Source of the DNA: Toensbergia leucococca
Taxonomy: Eukaryota
Assembly: GCA_022813965.1 (NCBI GenBank)
Contig: JALDZS010000076.1
Span: 1-64,000 of the forward strand
Direction: 5' to 3'
Length of the DNA stretch: 64,000 nt
Positions 49,446 to 62,824 of this stretch are shown here, piece by piece. The notes beneath the pieces were generated by a model. It was not told the origin of the DNA. It was given only the letters and a program-made list of their open reading frames with translations, and did not search any database. The translations under genes were made by a program, and so were the position numbers. Position 1 is the first letter of the stretch. Every line of letters starts with the position of its first letter.

Positions 49446-51264
49446 GTTTGAGAGATTTAGTATGTCAAAAATGGGATGTGGGAATTGGGTCAAAAAGAAA
49501 GAAGCCTGCGCTCGAAGTCTTCTTTCGCTAGGCCTAGCCACATGACGAGCTTGGCAGCAGTGAATTGAATTTTCTGTTGGGCAAACCTAGATATGACGAC
49601 TTTTCATACGTAAATGGGTAGGGAGTGATTGAATATCTTAAAGTTCACGTCCCACATTTTCCCCAGCTTCTCAATTCCTTCTCTTCTTCTCAACTCGCAC
49701 TCTCCATCATCATTTATTCCGCACCAGTCTTTACTACAGTGTCTGCAACCCTGATAGGCCTGTCTCTTCCCTCACATTACTAGTCTTATCGTAAAGTGCG
49801 ACTGTAACTCGCTGTCCGATTTCTGCATCATCTTCTCTGCCTACCTTAGCCACCCTTCCATCGTAAGTCACTTTTTTCACGTATCCTCTTTCCACGGCCT
49901 TCCTAGGTAAGCATGTACCGAATCCTTAGAGAGCCCAATATCCCTTGACTTATCCAGAGATAGTACTTCCTTGGAACAGCGTTTGGGAGCGTCGTTCGGT
50001 CCGATTCTCCAGCAGAGTTGGATGTAAGCAACGAGCTCTCGGTGATGTCGTCGGAGACTGAAACTTGCGGTCTCCCAAACAGCCCACTGCATCCCATTCA
50101 AACCTAATGTCTTCTCTTTTTTGTGCTTTGCTAACATTATTAAATATAAAAGATGTTTCTTAACGATACTCTTATCGCTTTCACTGCCTTCTCATTACAA
50201 TCATAAATTGTCAGAAGCACTATGTAATTACCGACAAATTTGTGATAGATTAGAGGGGGGGGCTGTAGGTTTAAATATAAACCTCAGTTCATATATACTG
50301 TAGTTAACTGAGTATGAAATATAGTAAAGCTCTTGAGAGAAGGTCAGGAGGGTCTGCAAAGAACAAAGGTAAGCAAGGGTGACACAGAAGATGACGAGAA
50401 GAGATGAGGAAGTGGCGCGGCAGCAGGTCGCAAGGCAACTCCGTTGCCTCTATGTGAAGTAAGTTCAGTTGCTTCACTCCCCTCTTGAGGTTGTCTAATG
50501 CTAGAGAAGAGCGAAATTGAGGAAGGGAGGAGAGGAGGCCCTTCAGTTGTGTTCGCGCCCTTCGGGGCCGTAGAAGCGATTGTAAGTAGATCTCATCTCA
50601 CCCTTATTTCTGTATTAGTAGTTCTCTAATAAAGAAGCACGGTTCTTTAAGGGCGCTCAATATGCCTTCGTGAGCATGGTTTACGCGGCGGTGGCGGCAA
50701 TGAGGGGGCAGGCCGAAAGCAAGCTGCTCGATTGTCAGTAACAAGAAGATAACATTAATCTAGACCCCGCAAGTCCGCGCCGACGACGCCGCTTCGCCCG
50801 CCTAAAAGGCATGGAGATACAAATTCAAGGGAGTCAATAAGTGAGTAAATGAAGTGAGGACGTTGATATGTATGCGAGAGAGAGAAGAAAGAAACGTGAT
50901 GAGAAGGGAGTCGTTAGCTTGGAGGTTTGTTTTCGACACCGAGGAACTGAGAATCGTGAAGATTGAGTATGTCAAGATGGTATGAAAAAGAAGAATGAGT
51001 ATGGCAGGAACAGTGATAGGTACACCTCTGAATGAAGCTATCTTGCTAGCATTCACACGTCTCACACATTCGCCCCTCTATCGTCAAGATTTGAAGGTGA
51101 TGCTAGATTCACCCTTAGTATTCAGGCTCTCGCTCTTAGTATTTTGTCATTTAAGAATCACATGTTGTTTCAGAGTGCGACAATTGGTCTGGTAGAAATC
51201 AAAGTAGAGTACAGCGAATTCCAAGACGTTTATACAACAGACTCTCGTTTCTACAGCTGTCAAG

Positions 51265-53030
51265 CTACGACTTTCGGTTTAGATACTGCCGAATCCCAGC
51301 GGCCGCTGCACTAGTATCAGTGTTGCTGTCACTGATCGAATATTGAAGTCTCATTACTCACCAAGCAAAATAATTGCATACCTCGTCAACCCTCCGGCAG
51401 CACTTCCAGCCCCCAAACTTAGTATATACTTTACCAACTGATATTTCACCTTTCCGTCCCGATCAAAATTTGGCGTTGAGTCGGTCATAGCCTGGAATTT
51501 AGAAAGTTTGCCTTTGTAAGGTGGATACCGGATAGCGATCAGCATCTCCACCCATCCAGGCGTCGTCGTTACACTTCTTCGGTGTGTAAAGCAGTCGAAG
51601 CTTGCCTTTCCTCTATAGGCGCCTTGGCCAGAATCGCCTACTCCACCAAAGGAAAGTGTCGGCATCGAGCCATGAAAGAAAGCATCATTAACCGACGCTC
51701 CACCGGATTGAAGTTCATTCAAAATACGATCGGTCTCTTTCTTTGTGCCGAATGGATAGAGACCAAGTGGTGTGCTGTGAACTTCGCCTGCAATCCTGAT
51801 AGCTTGATCGAGATCGTCAACAGGTAGTATAGGTATGAGGGGTCCAAAGCTTTCGTCCACGATCAAACTGTCACGTGGATCATCTACCTGTATCACCGTA
51901 GGCTCCATAAATTTCTCACCTTCGTCCATCTCTCCACCGATTAATATTTTGCCCTTGGTCTCATCAAACATGGTCTTTATCCGTTTCCATTGTCTTTCAT
52001 TGACTATGCGCGAGTAATCTGGGGAAGCCCTTGCTCCATCGGGATAAAATTCTTTCATCGCTTTCTTCAACTCCACAAGAAATTGTTGCAGTACTTCTTT
52101 ATCGATTAGGATGTAATTCTGCGAGACACAGACTTGACCAGCATTCATGAACTTTCCCCATAATAGTCTCCTTGCAGCCAAGCGTATATCTGCATTCTTT
52201 GTAACGATAGCGGGATTACGCCCTCCCAACTCCAGTGTAACGGGCGTAAGAGTCTCGGCAGCTTTCTTTGCAATGATCTTGGCCACGTTGACACTACCGG
52301 TGTAGAAGATCTTGTCCCACTTCTTGTCGAGGAGAGCAGTAGTCTCAGAAATGGCGCCTTGGACAACGCTATAGCAAGATGGATCGAGAGATGCCTCAAT
52401 AATCTTCTGCATGACTGCTGCGGCGTTGGGCGCGTTCTCGCTCGGCTTGAGTACAGCTGTGTTGCCAGCTGCAATGGCGCCAATTAAAGGGCCAATTGAG
52501 AGCTGAATTGGAAAGTTGAAGGTTCTACAGACAAGGGATCAGTGTTCATGAGTCAATAGGGTGAGAAGGAGCCAAGATTCCAAATGAGGATTTGACGCAC
52601 CCGATGATCAGAATGCATCCGAGAGGGTCTTTCCTAATCTTGGGAAACACGATAGAATTGGCCAGGGGAATATCAGGAGCTTTCTCATCTTTGGCCCATT
52701 TCTTAAGATTATCGCACATGAAGATAATATCGTTCTCACACCAGCAGATTTCTGCGAGGTAGGTTTCGAAAGTGGACTTTCCCAGGTCACGTTTGCAGGC
52801 TTCAACGATGAGGGCTTCATTGTCTTTCAATCTAAGAATTATACGTCAGTTGATAGCTTCTAGCCAACCTGAACAGTATGCACTCACCCCCAGTAGAGCT
52901 TCCGCAGCTGAACAAGTCTGAAGTCGATAGGCTTTGTTTTGTGTGTATTGAAGGTTCGACGGACATTTTCATAAATGTCCGCAATACCCTCAGTACCAGT
53001 ATGATGGAAGTCTGGGATTGCAATTGCCAT
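51265..53030 (-). CDS. Class-3 (fatty/apocarotenoid) aldehyde dehydrogenase, Hfd1/Ylo-1-like
   Basis: FNFPIQL, AAGNTAVLKPSE, KIFYTGS, LELGGRNP, NAGQVCVSQNY, ESFGP and FGGVGDSGQGAYRG; hydrophobic C-terminal tail; 4 exons. Confidence 0.92.
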
Positions 53031-54283
53031 CTTATCAAAATAGAGGTACAATTGGTAAGTGAAGAAAGGATTGAAGCTTGGATGTGACCTACGGACATGA
53101 GGGGGAGAGCACATTATTCTATTCTAGGCCCAGCCTCGGCACGATTTGCTGAGACTAAATCATCGCAAGCCGTATCCAAACCAAGCCTCTCCTCAGCTCT
53201 ACTTGATCTTTGCTTGACCTCTTTTTACAACTTTTAAGAATGTGGAGCCAAGTCTTCTGTTTCAAATTTCATTCGTGTACTCACGGGCGCACAGAGAAAT
53301 ATCATGATTTCACACCACATTCTGCCTCAATTCCCAACCTGGTTTGCATGCCATCTACATCCTCAATTGCCTGCCATCCAGGAGCACAGTATATTGGTCC
53401 TTTGGATACAATATCAAACTTGTCTAAGGAGAATCTGGACGGGATATTGGCAGGGAGTGGAAGATTCAAAAACTGGAGGAGTCCTTGAATGCCCTGAACG
53501 ATTTTAAATTCGAAGAGACAGAAGTTTCACGACAAGAGCTGGATGCACTAGGCGTACAGTGGGGGCAGACTTGAACGCCGAGCAATCCGAAGCGGAGGCT
53601 AATAGGCGTAAGAACTTCACAGCCGTTATTCGAGGAGAGAGCATGCTACAGAAGGGTTCTGCGATGACGGATAGTAAAGCAGAAATAGGATTCAAATGGG
53701 CAACAACGAGGGCTTTCAATAGCAAATCAGGAGTCATATCAGCGCCTCATGGAAATTGTGCCGCCAATAGATATTCTATGAAATTTCCAATTCATGCTGC
53801 ACCTGTTCGCTTTAGAGACCATGGAGAATGCTGCTGTTTTGCGCCGCGAATGAACAGCCGTCTTCGCGATTCCTTATTCTCACGAAAGATGCCAGCCGAA
53901 ATTGCTTTCTAACTACTTTGGGTATTTGCTGCAATCACGCTAACTTATAGTAGATGATGGCTTAGTCTCTACGAGATCCGATACTCGTCTCCTTTGTGAT
54001 GCTGCTCCACGTTGAGGCTACTGTTTGAGTTGCCCGAGATCCAACTGGTTGGTTTCTCACCTGTAAACGTCATGCTGGCGTTGAAGCTTTAGGGGCTGCC
54101 AACGCGTTAGCATGCCGATGTTTTGGAAGAGCGGCAGACAGCATTTCGATGGCCGTGTGTCTTGACTGACATGATGGATCTGGAGAAAAGTGTTTTAGGG
54201 CCTGACGCAGTCTTGTCTTATTATCTCGCATATCTCTTTTTTCCGTTTGTCGTTTCCCAAGTCTACTGTGCGAGTCATTCATC

Positions 54284-56588
54284 ATGCTGTGGCTTTTCCC
54301 GATCCTGCTCTCTATTGCCTGCGTTCGAGCCGATGTTTCTGCTTTTTTGAAGGCGGGAATGGTCCAGGGAACGTCATATCCAGAGTCCGCAGTCAACAGC
54401 TTCCTGGGAATCCCGTACGCGCAACACCCAACTGGCACGCTGCGATTCGCACCTCTGGTCGCTTAAACCAGCTCCTATCCTGGCGGGACTCTCAATGCCA
54501 CTGCCAGCAAGGCCATTTGCGTGCAATTTGGGAGCACGACGCAGCCTGGGTACCTATTGAGTCCCTCGAGTGATAATTGGTATACCTGACTCCGTTCCTA
54601 AAGAATACACAAAATTGTTCCTGACGTCGTGTAGTCTTTATCTGAACGTCTTTGCACCTGCATCCGCTACCACCGACTCACATCTGCCAGTACAGATCTT
54701 CATCTACGGCGGCGCCTTCACAAACGGAGGAACCGCGGACCCCGCTCTACAGTGGCTGTGAACTAGCATCAGATGCGATTGTGGTGACGATCGGCTACCG
54801 AAATGGTCCTCTGGGAGTCCTCGCTCTCGAGGGAACGGCTATCCCTGGGAATCAAGCTGTGAAGGATTGTCTAATGGGAGCGCAATGGGTTCAAGCCAAT
54901 ATTGCCGCTTTCGGCGGTGATCCAGTACGCATTACTCAACCCTGAACGTAAGCAGACGGTGTGACTCAATATAACGCCTTGCTCAGAGACAAGTCCTGAT
55001 ATTCGGAGAATTTTCCGGTGCTGCTATCACATGGATTATGTCAACAATGTCAAGCGCACCTTCGCTCATGAAAGCAGCCATCGCTGAAAGTGGAGCCGGT
55101 TCAGGAATCCAGGACAATTCATCATACTACGCACAGGGTCAGGAGTACGCGAAAGCCGTGGGCTGCAACACGACTGATGTAAGTTTGACCTCTCCTTGTA
55201 CCATACACTATGTGCCACTGACCCACCTCCTAGGTCTCATACTTCTAATCTAAATCTGTCTAGGAACTGAACAGCGCGCAACCTGTCGTTCCTGTCTTCA
55301 CTCTCAACTCGCCAGGTTTCAGGCCATTCGTAGACGGTGATTTTATCCCTGTCCAACCGCAGACAGTTCCTGTCAAAGTGCCACTCTTGTTTGGAACAAG
55401 TGAGTCTCAAGTCCCTACTGAAAGTCGATCCAGGACTGACGCCTTATAGATGCAGATGAAGGCACTGTCTTCACCCTTGGAGGCTACGGCTCTCCGGCTG
55501 CCATGCTAGTCTAGTAGAAGATGAAAGGCGCCCGTGCCAGTTTCAGCAGCAGAAGATGAAAGAAGCAATGCACACAAACAGATTTGAGAATGTTGCTCTC
55601 AAGGATATATTTCGACGATGCGATGTTCGATTTTATAGTATGGAGGAAAAAGAACAAAACAGAATATCTGCACCATACTACGTGCGTGGTACTACTAACG
55701 CATACTAACTCGCGACTAAGAGCTCAAAACTCCTGGTACTGAGGTCCGCCCTTTGAAGGGCCCTGCCGCATTATACTGAGTTACGACCAAGAGCTCAAAA
55801 CTCCTGGTACTGAGGTCCGCAATGTTACTGAAGCCGACTATAGCAGCTTCATTTCCCAGTCCACAGGCTCGTACGCCGAGAAAGTGATGCAGGCCTACCC
55901 ATTAAGCGCCTTCAACAAGTCCAGCATAGACAGTCCGGCCCCTGGGTACGCTCCCTTCTACGCGCTAGCCAAAATCATTACGGACCAAGGATTCATGTGT
56001 CCCACCCGCCGTGTTCTTGACATTACAAGCCAGGCTCAAATTCCCACGTTCGCCTACTTTGACGCTCACGTCCCGAAGTGCAGCTGGGAGGTGACTATCC
56101 CAGTCTCGGACCTGAAAGTAATTGGCGCAGCACATGCCTCGGAACTCAAATACGTCTGGAACCAGACTGTGGATCTGCCACCTCCCAGTGGCAACTGCAG
56201 CCAGACAACGCAGGAGAGGGAGATCAGGCAGGTGCTGGCAACGGCGTGGACGGCCATGGCAATGAAAGCCACGCCCGGAGATGTGAATGGATGCACCTGG
56301 CCGCTCTATTCGCACAACAACACTCAGGGTTTATTGGTGAGCAATAGCACCAGCGTGGGGTCAATCAACTACGCTATCTGTGACGAGCTGTGGGATCCCT
56401 ATGAGGTGGCGGTGCTGCAGAACGCGACGAATACGAGTAGCAGCACCGCGGCGACGAGTAGTAGTAGTTCCAGCGCCAGCGGACCTACTTCGACGAGTAA
56501 ATCCTCTGAGGCTACCAGGACTAAACATCCCTGGGGCATGATAGTGAAGTATACTGTCCTTGTGATTATTGGCGTTGTGGTTTTGTGA
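54284..56588 (+). pseudogene. Secreted, GPI-type carboxylesterase family B pseudogene
   Basis: FLGIPYA..GTLRFAP, LYLNVFAP, IYGGAF, WVQANIAAFGGDP, AAHASEL, S/T-rich linker and hydrophobic tail. Lesions: TAA at 54464, frameshift at ~54742, nucleophile motif reading GEFSG (55005-55019) and a ~318-bp insertion. Confidence 0.85.
55503..55820. mobile_element. Foreign insertion with two 32-bp direct repeats
   Basis: Splits the esterase frame GYGSPAA|NVTEADY; aagagctcaaaactcctggtactgaggtccgc occurs at 55718-55749 and 55789-55820. Confidence 0.65.
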
Positions 56589-57744
56589 GATGGGCCATCG
56601 TGGATAGGAGAGGTTGATTTGGAAGATTTATTGCTGCAAGCTCATTGATTAATTTGTATTATCATTTGTATGGTATCACACCACAAGGCGTCCTTGCCAT
56701 CACCAGCCAAGGCAGGTGCATTTCTAGCCCTCTACATTATTATTAAGACTCCCTTTTTTTCATGTTATATTCATCTGTCTTCATCTATCTATAAGAGGTT
56801 GATGAAGAGTCACCTACTGACAAGTAAACAAAAGTATTCACTCTCAGGTAAAGAACAACAAAAGGCTCAAATATGTGTCATCTTATAACTTAAGAACCAC
56901 ACACAACCTTGATATTCAGTGTGTCAGAGACAAAATCTAAGAAATCATAACCTTGCTCTTCTTAGAAAAAACACTGATAAAGACATCAAGGGGTGTAGTT
57001 CACTCAATCTTTGTCATCTCATTTTGAATGAAAAAGGCAACGGTTATGCCTCTGAAGAAGACAGATATATCCGCTCAAACTGGACTGAACTAAAAAGACT
57101 CAATAACCTCCACCTTTTTTGTGAACAGAGTTCTGCCTTCTTCTTTCACATCACAAGCAAATAGGAATCTTAAATTTCTTTTTGAAGAAGGGGGGGGAGG
57201 GGGGTTTGTGGGGTAGTGAGATGAGGAGCGTTCCTTGAGGTCATGTTGACGGAGGGGTTTGAGTCCGAGGGGTGTTTCATGTGGATTTTTTGGGGGAGGG
57301 AGGGAGGAGGGCGATGTTGAGCGCGTTGGTTGACCGACACGTGTAATATTTCTACAGTCCATTTCAACGCACGGGTTTGGCTTTTGATCGTGGACGATTT
57401 CTGTCATGTTCTTCCAATGATTAAGGGACTGGTATCATCAAGGGACTGGTATAGGGTTCTGTAAAGTGGCATTAGCTTCCGATTCCGCCATCCTGAAGAA
57501 GAAGCGGTACCTACATACCTATGCAAAAAGCTGTCTTATCAAATAGATCTCTAGATATACTATGGTACATCTCTAAACCGGCTATCTAAAGCATGCATAC
57601 CTTAAAGCCCACTTCCCCTACCCAAATAAGTAAGAGTAGCCCCGCTTAGAACAAACACCCTTTTACCTGCCCGGAGCGCCCGCTAAATTAGAGATGAGAG
57701 AGAGATGAGAGAGAGAGAGCCATATAGTTATGCAAGGCAGCCAA

Positions 57745-60700
57745 TTACTTCTTTTTGCCCTTGCCTTTTGCCTTGCTTGCGCTTCCTGATCCATTGGATG
57801 CTACGCTGCCTGCTCGAGAAGTGTGAGCTGTCGTAGATTTGCTACCGTTCTTGACTACGTCGAGGTGTTTGTTCTGTGAAGATGTCAGCTTTGTATAGGT
57901 GATCAAACAAAGTTCATTACATCAAAGGCACTTACTTTGACGCCATTCTTAGCCTTCTTCTTTACCGGCGCTGTGTCTTCTTCAACCTCGTCTTCGTCGT
58001 CTTCTCTTGGCCGGACTTTGCTGACTCCATTTCCATTCGCCATCTTCACATCGCCTCCTTCGAACTCCCGCGCAACGGTAGTCAGAAGAGTGGCGCACCG
58101 ACGACCTATTTCAATCGGCGTTCTGCTCAAGAAGAACCAATCAAATCGGAAGAGGGGACTTTCGCGGATTTCATCCCGAATTCTCTCGTAAATGCCCTCT
58201 CCATCAACACCGTAACGATCCAACATGACCAGCAAGAACCGGTCTTCTTCCTCGGTATACACCTTTTTGTTCGTCGTCGAAACCGAGTAATTGAGTTTAA
58301 GCTGTTGTAATGGGACCCGATACGACTCCATCTTCTTCCTCAACATCTTCCGTTGGTGATTCTGCTTACGAGACTTCTCTTCACCCGCCTCGATGGTAGC
58401 AATATACTTTTGATGATCCGCAATGTCAACGTAGCGCTTCCAGAAAGTTTTGGCGTACTCCTTGACTTCATGCTCAGTCTTGCCATCGACTTCATCAGCA
58501 ATCTCACCGTAATTGCTCCGACCGTGTTTGGCAGAACCATTGATAAATTGTTGAAAATCTCGTCGGTTCCAATGGACAAACCCCTCTTCTGCCATGTTGT
58601 TCTTTTCTTCCTTTTCCTCTTCCGTCAAAGGTACCGCGTCGTCGATTTCTTGCTGGTCAAAAGCTCGTTCCGCCTCCCTGTCGCTTTCTTCCATATCTTC
58701 ACGATCGCCCAGCGGTACCTTGTAACCAATCTCCTTACGAAACCATGCAGTCTCACGGTCTTGTAGATCTTGAAGCTTTTTGGGGAAGAATTGATAGTCA
58801 TGTATCTGGACCTGCTTCGGCGCACGTGGGGCTTTGGGTTTGGTGTCTGTTGTTCGTCCTCCTGTTGACAAGGCTGCACGATAGTATTTATCCATAGAAT
58901 AAGATTGCTCTTTACGCTCACGCTTCGACGGGTTGATCCAGCTGATCCCAATGTCCTTCTTTGTCTTTGTAAAGTCTTCGCCGTTCCATTCATAAGCATT
59001 TTCGGATGAAAATTTCTGTAAATCGTCAATCCCAAGTTTCTCGTATTTACTATTTAGTGCTGCTGTTCGCTCTTCACCGTGTTTGAGAATGGCGTCGATG
59101 TCGTCGTCAGAGAGATCGGATTTGCTACCTAGCATACCTGTGGCACCCTTGCTCTCGAATACCTTCTCAGCGCCATGTTGAATCATATTCAGGAGATCAT
59201 CTTTCGATGCAGCAGTTTTTGCTGCTTGTTGAGCTCGACCTTGCTGGATAACAAGCTGATCCAATCGAAGCTTTTGCGCCGCTCGCTCAAGAACCTTTTC
59301 TTCGATTGCTTGCTCCGTAACAAATCTGAAGACTATGACCTGCTTCGTTTGTCCTATTCGATGTGCTCGATCCATTGCCTGTAAATCTGCTTGCGGGTTC
59401 CAATCGCTGTCGAAGAGTACGACAACATCCGCACTTGTCAGATTGATGCCTAAGCCACCAGCACGTGTAGTAAGAAGGAAGACAAATTTCTCAGAGCCAG
59501 GCCTGTTGTAATCGTCAATCGCAGCGATTCGATCCTCATGAGCAGTGGATCCATCAATTCTGCAGTACTTGTGATCGCGAAAAACGCAATAGTCTTCGAG
59601 GATATCAAGCACTCTGCTCATCTGTGAGAATATAAGAACTCTACTTCCTTGCTTCTTCATCCGCACAAGAATCTTATCCAACATAACCATTTTACCTGCA
59701 TTGAAAATGAGGTGCTCATCGGTTGTATACGGTGGACCAGGTTCAGCTCCCTCGAATAGGTACGGATGATTACAACATTTTCGAAGTTGCATGACTATGT
59801 TGAGCAGGCGGGTTTTCGACTCGCGTTTTCCGGCGGCACCATTTACAGCGTCAATGTCTTTTTCTAGAATCTTCTTATACCATCTCACTTGCATGTCTGA
59901 CATGCCGATGTAAAGGTTGATTTCCTTCTTAGGTAGTAAACTCTTCTCAACATCGCTCTTGACTCTCCGAAGCAGAAACGGTCGAAGGACTCGATGCAAC
60001 TGCTGGACCACGGTGTCTTGATCCGCATTTTGACTTGAGAACCATTGATCGAATGCTTCCGAATCACCAAACACATCTGGAAGAAGAAAATTGAGCAAAG
60101 CCCACAATTCGTGCAAGTTATTTTGAAGCGGTGTGCCTGTGATGAGAAGTCGATTTCGAGAGTTGAAGAGGCGGATGATTTGAGCCAAGGAAGATTCTTC
60201 ATTTTTTATACGATGAGCTTCATCAATGATAATATATTCCCAAGCAAATTTCTTCAAATGTGTCTTTTCTCGAAGTATCATCTCGTAGCTTGTGATACAA
60301 ACATCAAACTTTTCGTCGATTAGTCGATCGTTGATAAGTTGATGTCGTTCGTCCTTTGCGCCCTGGAGTACTAGTACATCAACCTCTGGCGTCCACATGG
60401 CAAATTCCCGCTTCCAGTTGTCTAATGTCGACTTTGGGACGGTGATAAGATGAGGACCAGTAATGCCGGCGACATGTCGTAGATATCCCAAGAAAGCAAT
60501 GGTCTGCAAGGTCTTCCCTAGACCCATCTCGTCTGCTAAAATACCCGAAATACCATTTTCATGTAAGGATATCAACCAATTGAGACCCTGGACTTGGTAG
60601 TCACGCATCACTCCCCCTTTGATGAAGGCTGGTGAATCACGAAAGATGGTCTCAGCCTGACCGCCGCGTTTCTCATCTTTCAACAGTTCAGCGTCTTCCT

Positions 60701-61417
60701 CTTGCTCCGTTCTCCTCCTTCGCTCAGCAGCAGCTCCGCCTGTTCTCGCATGACCCTTTTTGACTTTCTTTGAATCTTCCTCATTTTGACGATCTATTTC
60801 AGCCATGATCTCTTTGATTCGTGGATTTGGGTTGGTGTCGATGAAATGACGGAAAAGATCTGTGAGTCCCAGAAGGTAGCGGAACCGTCGTATGGAATCG
60901 TCTTCCTATTGTTATGAAGGTCCGTTAATGTGTATTCACTACTATTTAAGAGTTTATAGGCAAATACCTTGGATTCATCAAGCCGATTATGCTTTTTGCC
61001 GAAAACGCTTTTCCGTAGCTGCGTTGCTTCTGATCTTTTCTTGCGGCCATCGAGATGTAAGAGATCGCCAGCTATACTACTAGCGGTCGTATTGGGGTTT
61101 GTGTCGGAGTCCTGACTTTGGTCAGCAAGGGGGAGAATTGTAGAATACATTCTGATGCGCTTGCATAGAACACCTACCGTATAATCCGGGGTGTCTTGAA
61201 TATCCTGAAAGTAAAACTGTTAGCCAATGATTCTTGGAAATTTGCGCATGAGACTCTTTGAATAGTATAAATGTATAGCAGTGTAGGGGCATACCATTAG
61301 GCTATCGTCCTCATTCCTTGGTGGCTGGAGACCATGTGTATTGCTGTTCGCGTCCGTCATTGATGTATCTGAGGGAGACGTGGCGTTCGATGGGGTTTCC
61401 CGAGCTTTGGGCGCCAT
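57745..61417 (-). CDS. ISW2: ISWI chromatin-remodelling ATPase
   Basis: [36 protein letters not shown] and HAND-SANT-SLIDE ([23 protein letters not shown]); ATG at 61417 (MAPKARE), TAA at 57747-57745; 5 exons. Confidence 0.95.
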
Positions 61418-61972
61418 CTTCCCAAGATCTCGTGGGACAAGTCTTGAATTAGGGCAAAGCTTCAGATGGCCTATCAAGTCTAGCGTTTTTTAAATGGCTC
61501 CCAAATGACAGGAAAGCCCTCAGCGACTAATAAGAACGATATCTGGAAGGCTTGACCAGATTTGCTGACGTGTTGAGAGGGAGAACACTTTAATAATGAG
61601 AGAGGAGCGTGGAAGTCGTAAATAGCCGAATTAGCTTCACAACAGCTAGGGTTACGCGACTTGCGATGTTCCGCTCCGAGACAACGATTGAAGACCACTT
61701 AATCATCTGTCATGGTTCCTGAGTTGCTTTGTTCATGCCATTTATTGATACATAAAAATTCTTGATCACCTTTTGTGCCTCTCGTTTTATGCTTCGTCCT
61801 CTGTTCCTCTTCCCAGATCCTACACCAAATCTAGTCGAACCAAGTTACCCCACCCTAGAGCCTCCTACCCATCTGATACCACCGGCTTACGATCAATAGT
61901 AAGATTACTTATTTTAGCAGAGATATCGCCTATACAACGTCACTAACATCTTGTGCTCAGTTATAGACTGCT

Positions 61973-62824
61973 ATGGACTCCATGAGAAGTTTGGATAAAT
62001 CATTACCCACGTCACCAAAGCGAAAGCAAAAGTCTATCCAACCGCCTGAACAGCTTCTACAAGCCTTCAAAACAGCTGCTCTCTCTGTCACAAATCTATA
62101 CAAGACTGCAGCTACCGATCAAAGCCAAACACGCCGGGTAGGATATCAGAACGCCCTCGACGACATTCTTACCTTTCTTGACCGAGAGAACTTGGGATTA
62201 GGCGATGGGGAGGGTTGGAGAGTTCGACAATGGGCTACGGAACGTCTAGATGGTAGTCCTCCAGCACATGGTGGTAGCGAGAGTGACGAAGAGCGGGTGG
62301 AGATAGAAAAGCCGGCCAGGAGTTCATCACCCACTATTCGACACGAACCAAGTCACGAGGTGTTAGCAGTACGGGCGCCTTCACGATCTACATCTCCCAC
62401 TCGAATAGAGCTTGTTCCATCTGTACCGCCAATCGCTACTCAGCAACCTACCAGTGTACTTACGAGACCTGAGGTATTTACTTTCAGATCAACGATACCT
62501 TATCCCCAAGACATCGATATGCAGACGAGCGATACACCTAGCAGCGGTGTATCTCAGCTAGAGTCTCAGCTGCAAGCTCCGACGCCTGCTTCTAATGCAG
62601 CGGTACGATTAGAGGTAGTCCCTCGCGGATCAAGGCCATCCAGCAGGCATATCAACCATTCAAGCAAGCACAACACACGTTCCACGGCATCCGTTCAGTC
62701 TCTAGGTGCAGGTGCAGGTTCAAAGAGGAGGCTGACGTATAAAGACTTTTTTGACCTTGGTAGTTTGGGTGATGGGAAAGAGGGTTTGGGTGGTGGTGGT
62801 GGGAAGCGTGGTCGCTTCAACTGA
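61973..62824 (+). CDS. Conserved fungal protein, possibly YJR056C/HAPSTR1-like
   Basis: LLQAFKTAALSVTNLYK..GYQNALDDIL..GEGWRVRQWATERL N-terminal domain, disordered tail and C-terminal KRGRF; the family call is from recalled motif similarity. Confidence 0.7.
   Translation: MDSMRSLDKSLPTSPKRKQKSIQPPEQLLQAFKTAALSVTNLYKTAATDQSQTRRVGYQNALDDILTFLDRENLGLGDGEGWRVRQWATERLDGSPPAHGGSESDEERVEIEKPARSSSPTIRHEPSHEVLAVRAPSRSTSPTRIELVPSVPPIATQQPTSVLTRPEVFTFRSTIPYPQDIDMQTSDTPSSGVSQLESQLQAPTPASNAAVRLEVVPRGSRPSSRHINHSSKHNTRSTASVQSLGAGAGSKRRLTYKDFFDLGSLGDGKEGLGGGGGKRGRFN

Larger units (their letters stand above)
44540..50800. mobile_element. Multi-gene accessory block, copy 2, carrying the GIY-YIG gene (limits approximate)
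   Basis: Same modules as 29.6-31.1 kb in a different order and orientation; contains the nuclease ORF, orphan copy C and further spliced remnants. No TIR or TSD identified. Confidence 0.6.

Noticed and set aside
55718..55820. Two 32-bp repeats with a 39-bp spacer resembling a CRISPR unit
   Set aside because: Only two repeats, fungal context and no cas genes; better explained as an internal duplication within an insertion.
55503..55820. Helitron identity for the insertion (CTAG near the left end)
   Set aside because: No clean TC start, A|T target or subterminal hairpin could be established.
56780..57170. AT-rich ORF-like remnant
   Set aside because: Possibly RIP-decayed, but no family could be recognised.
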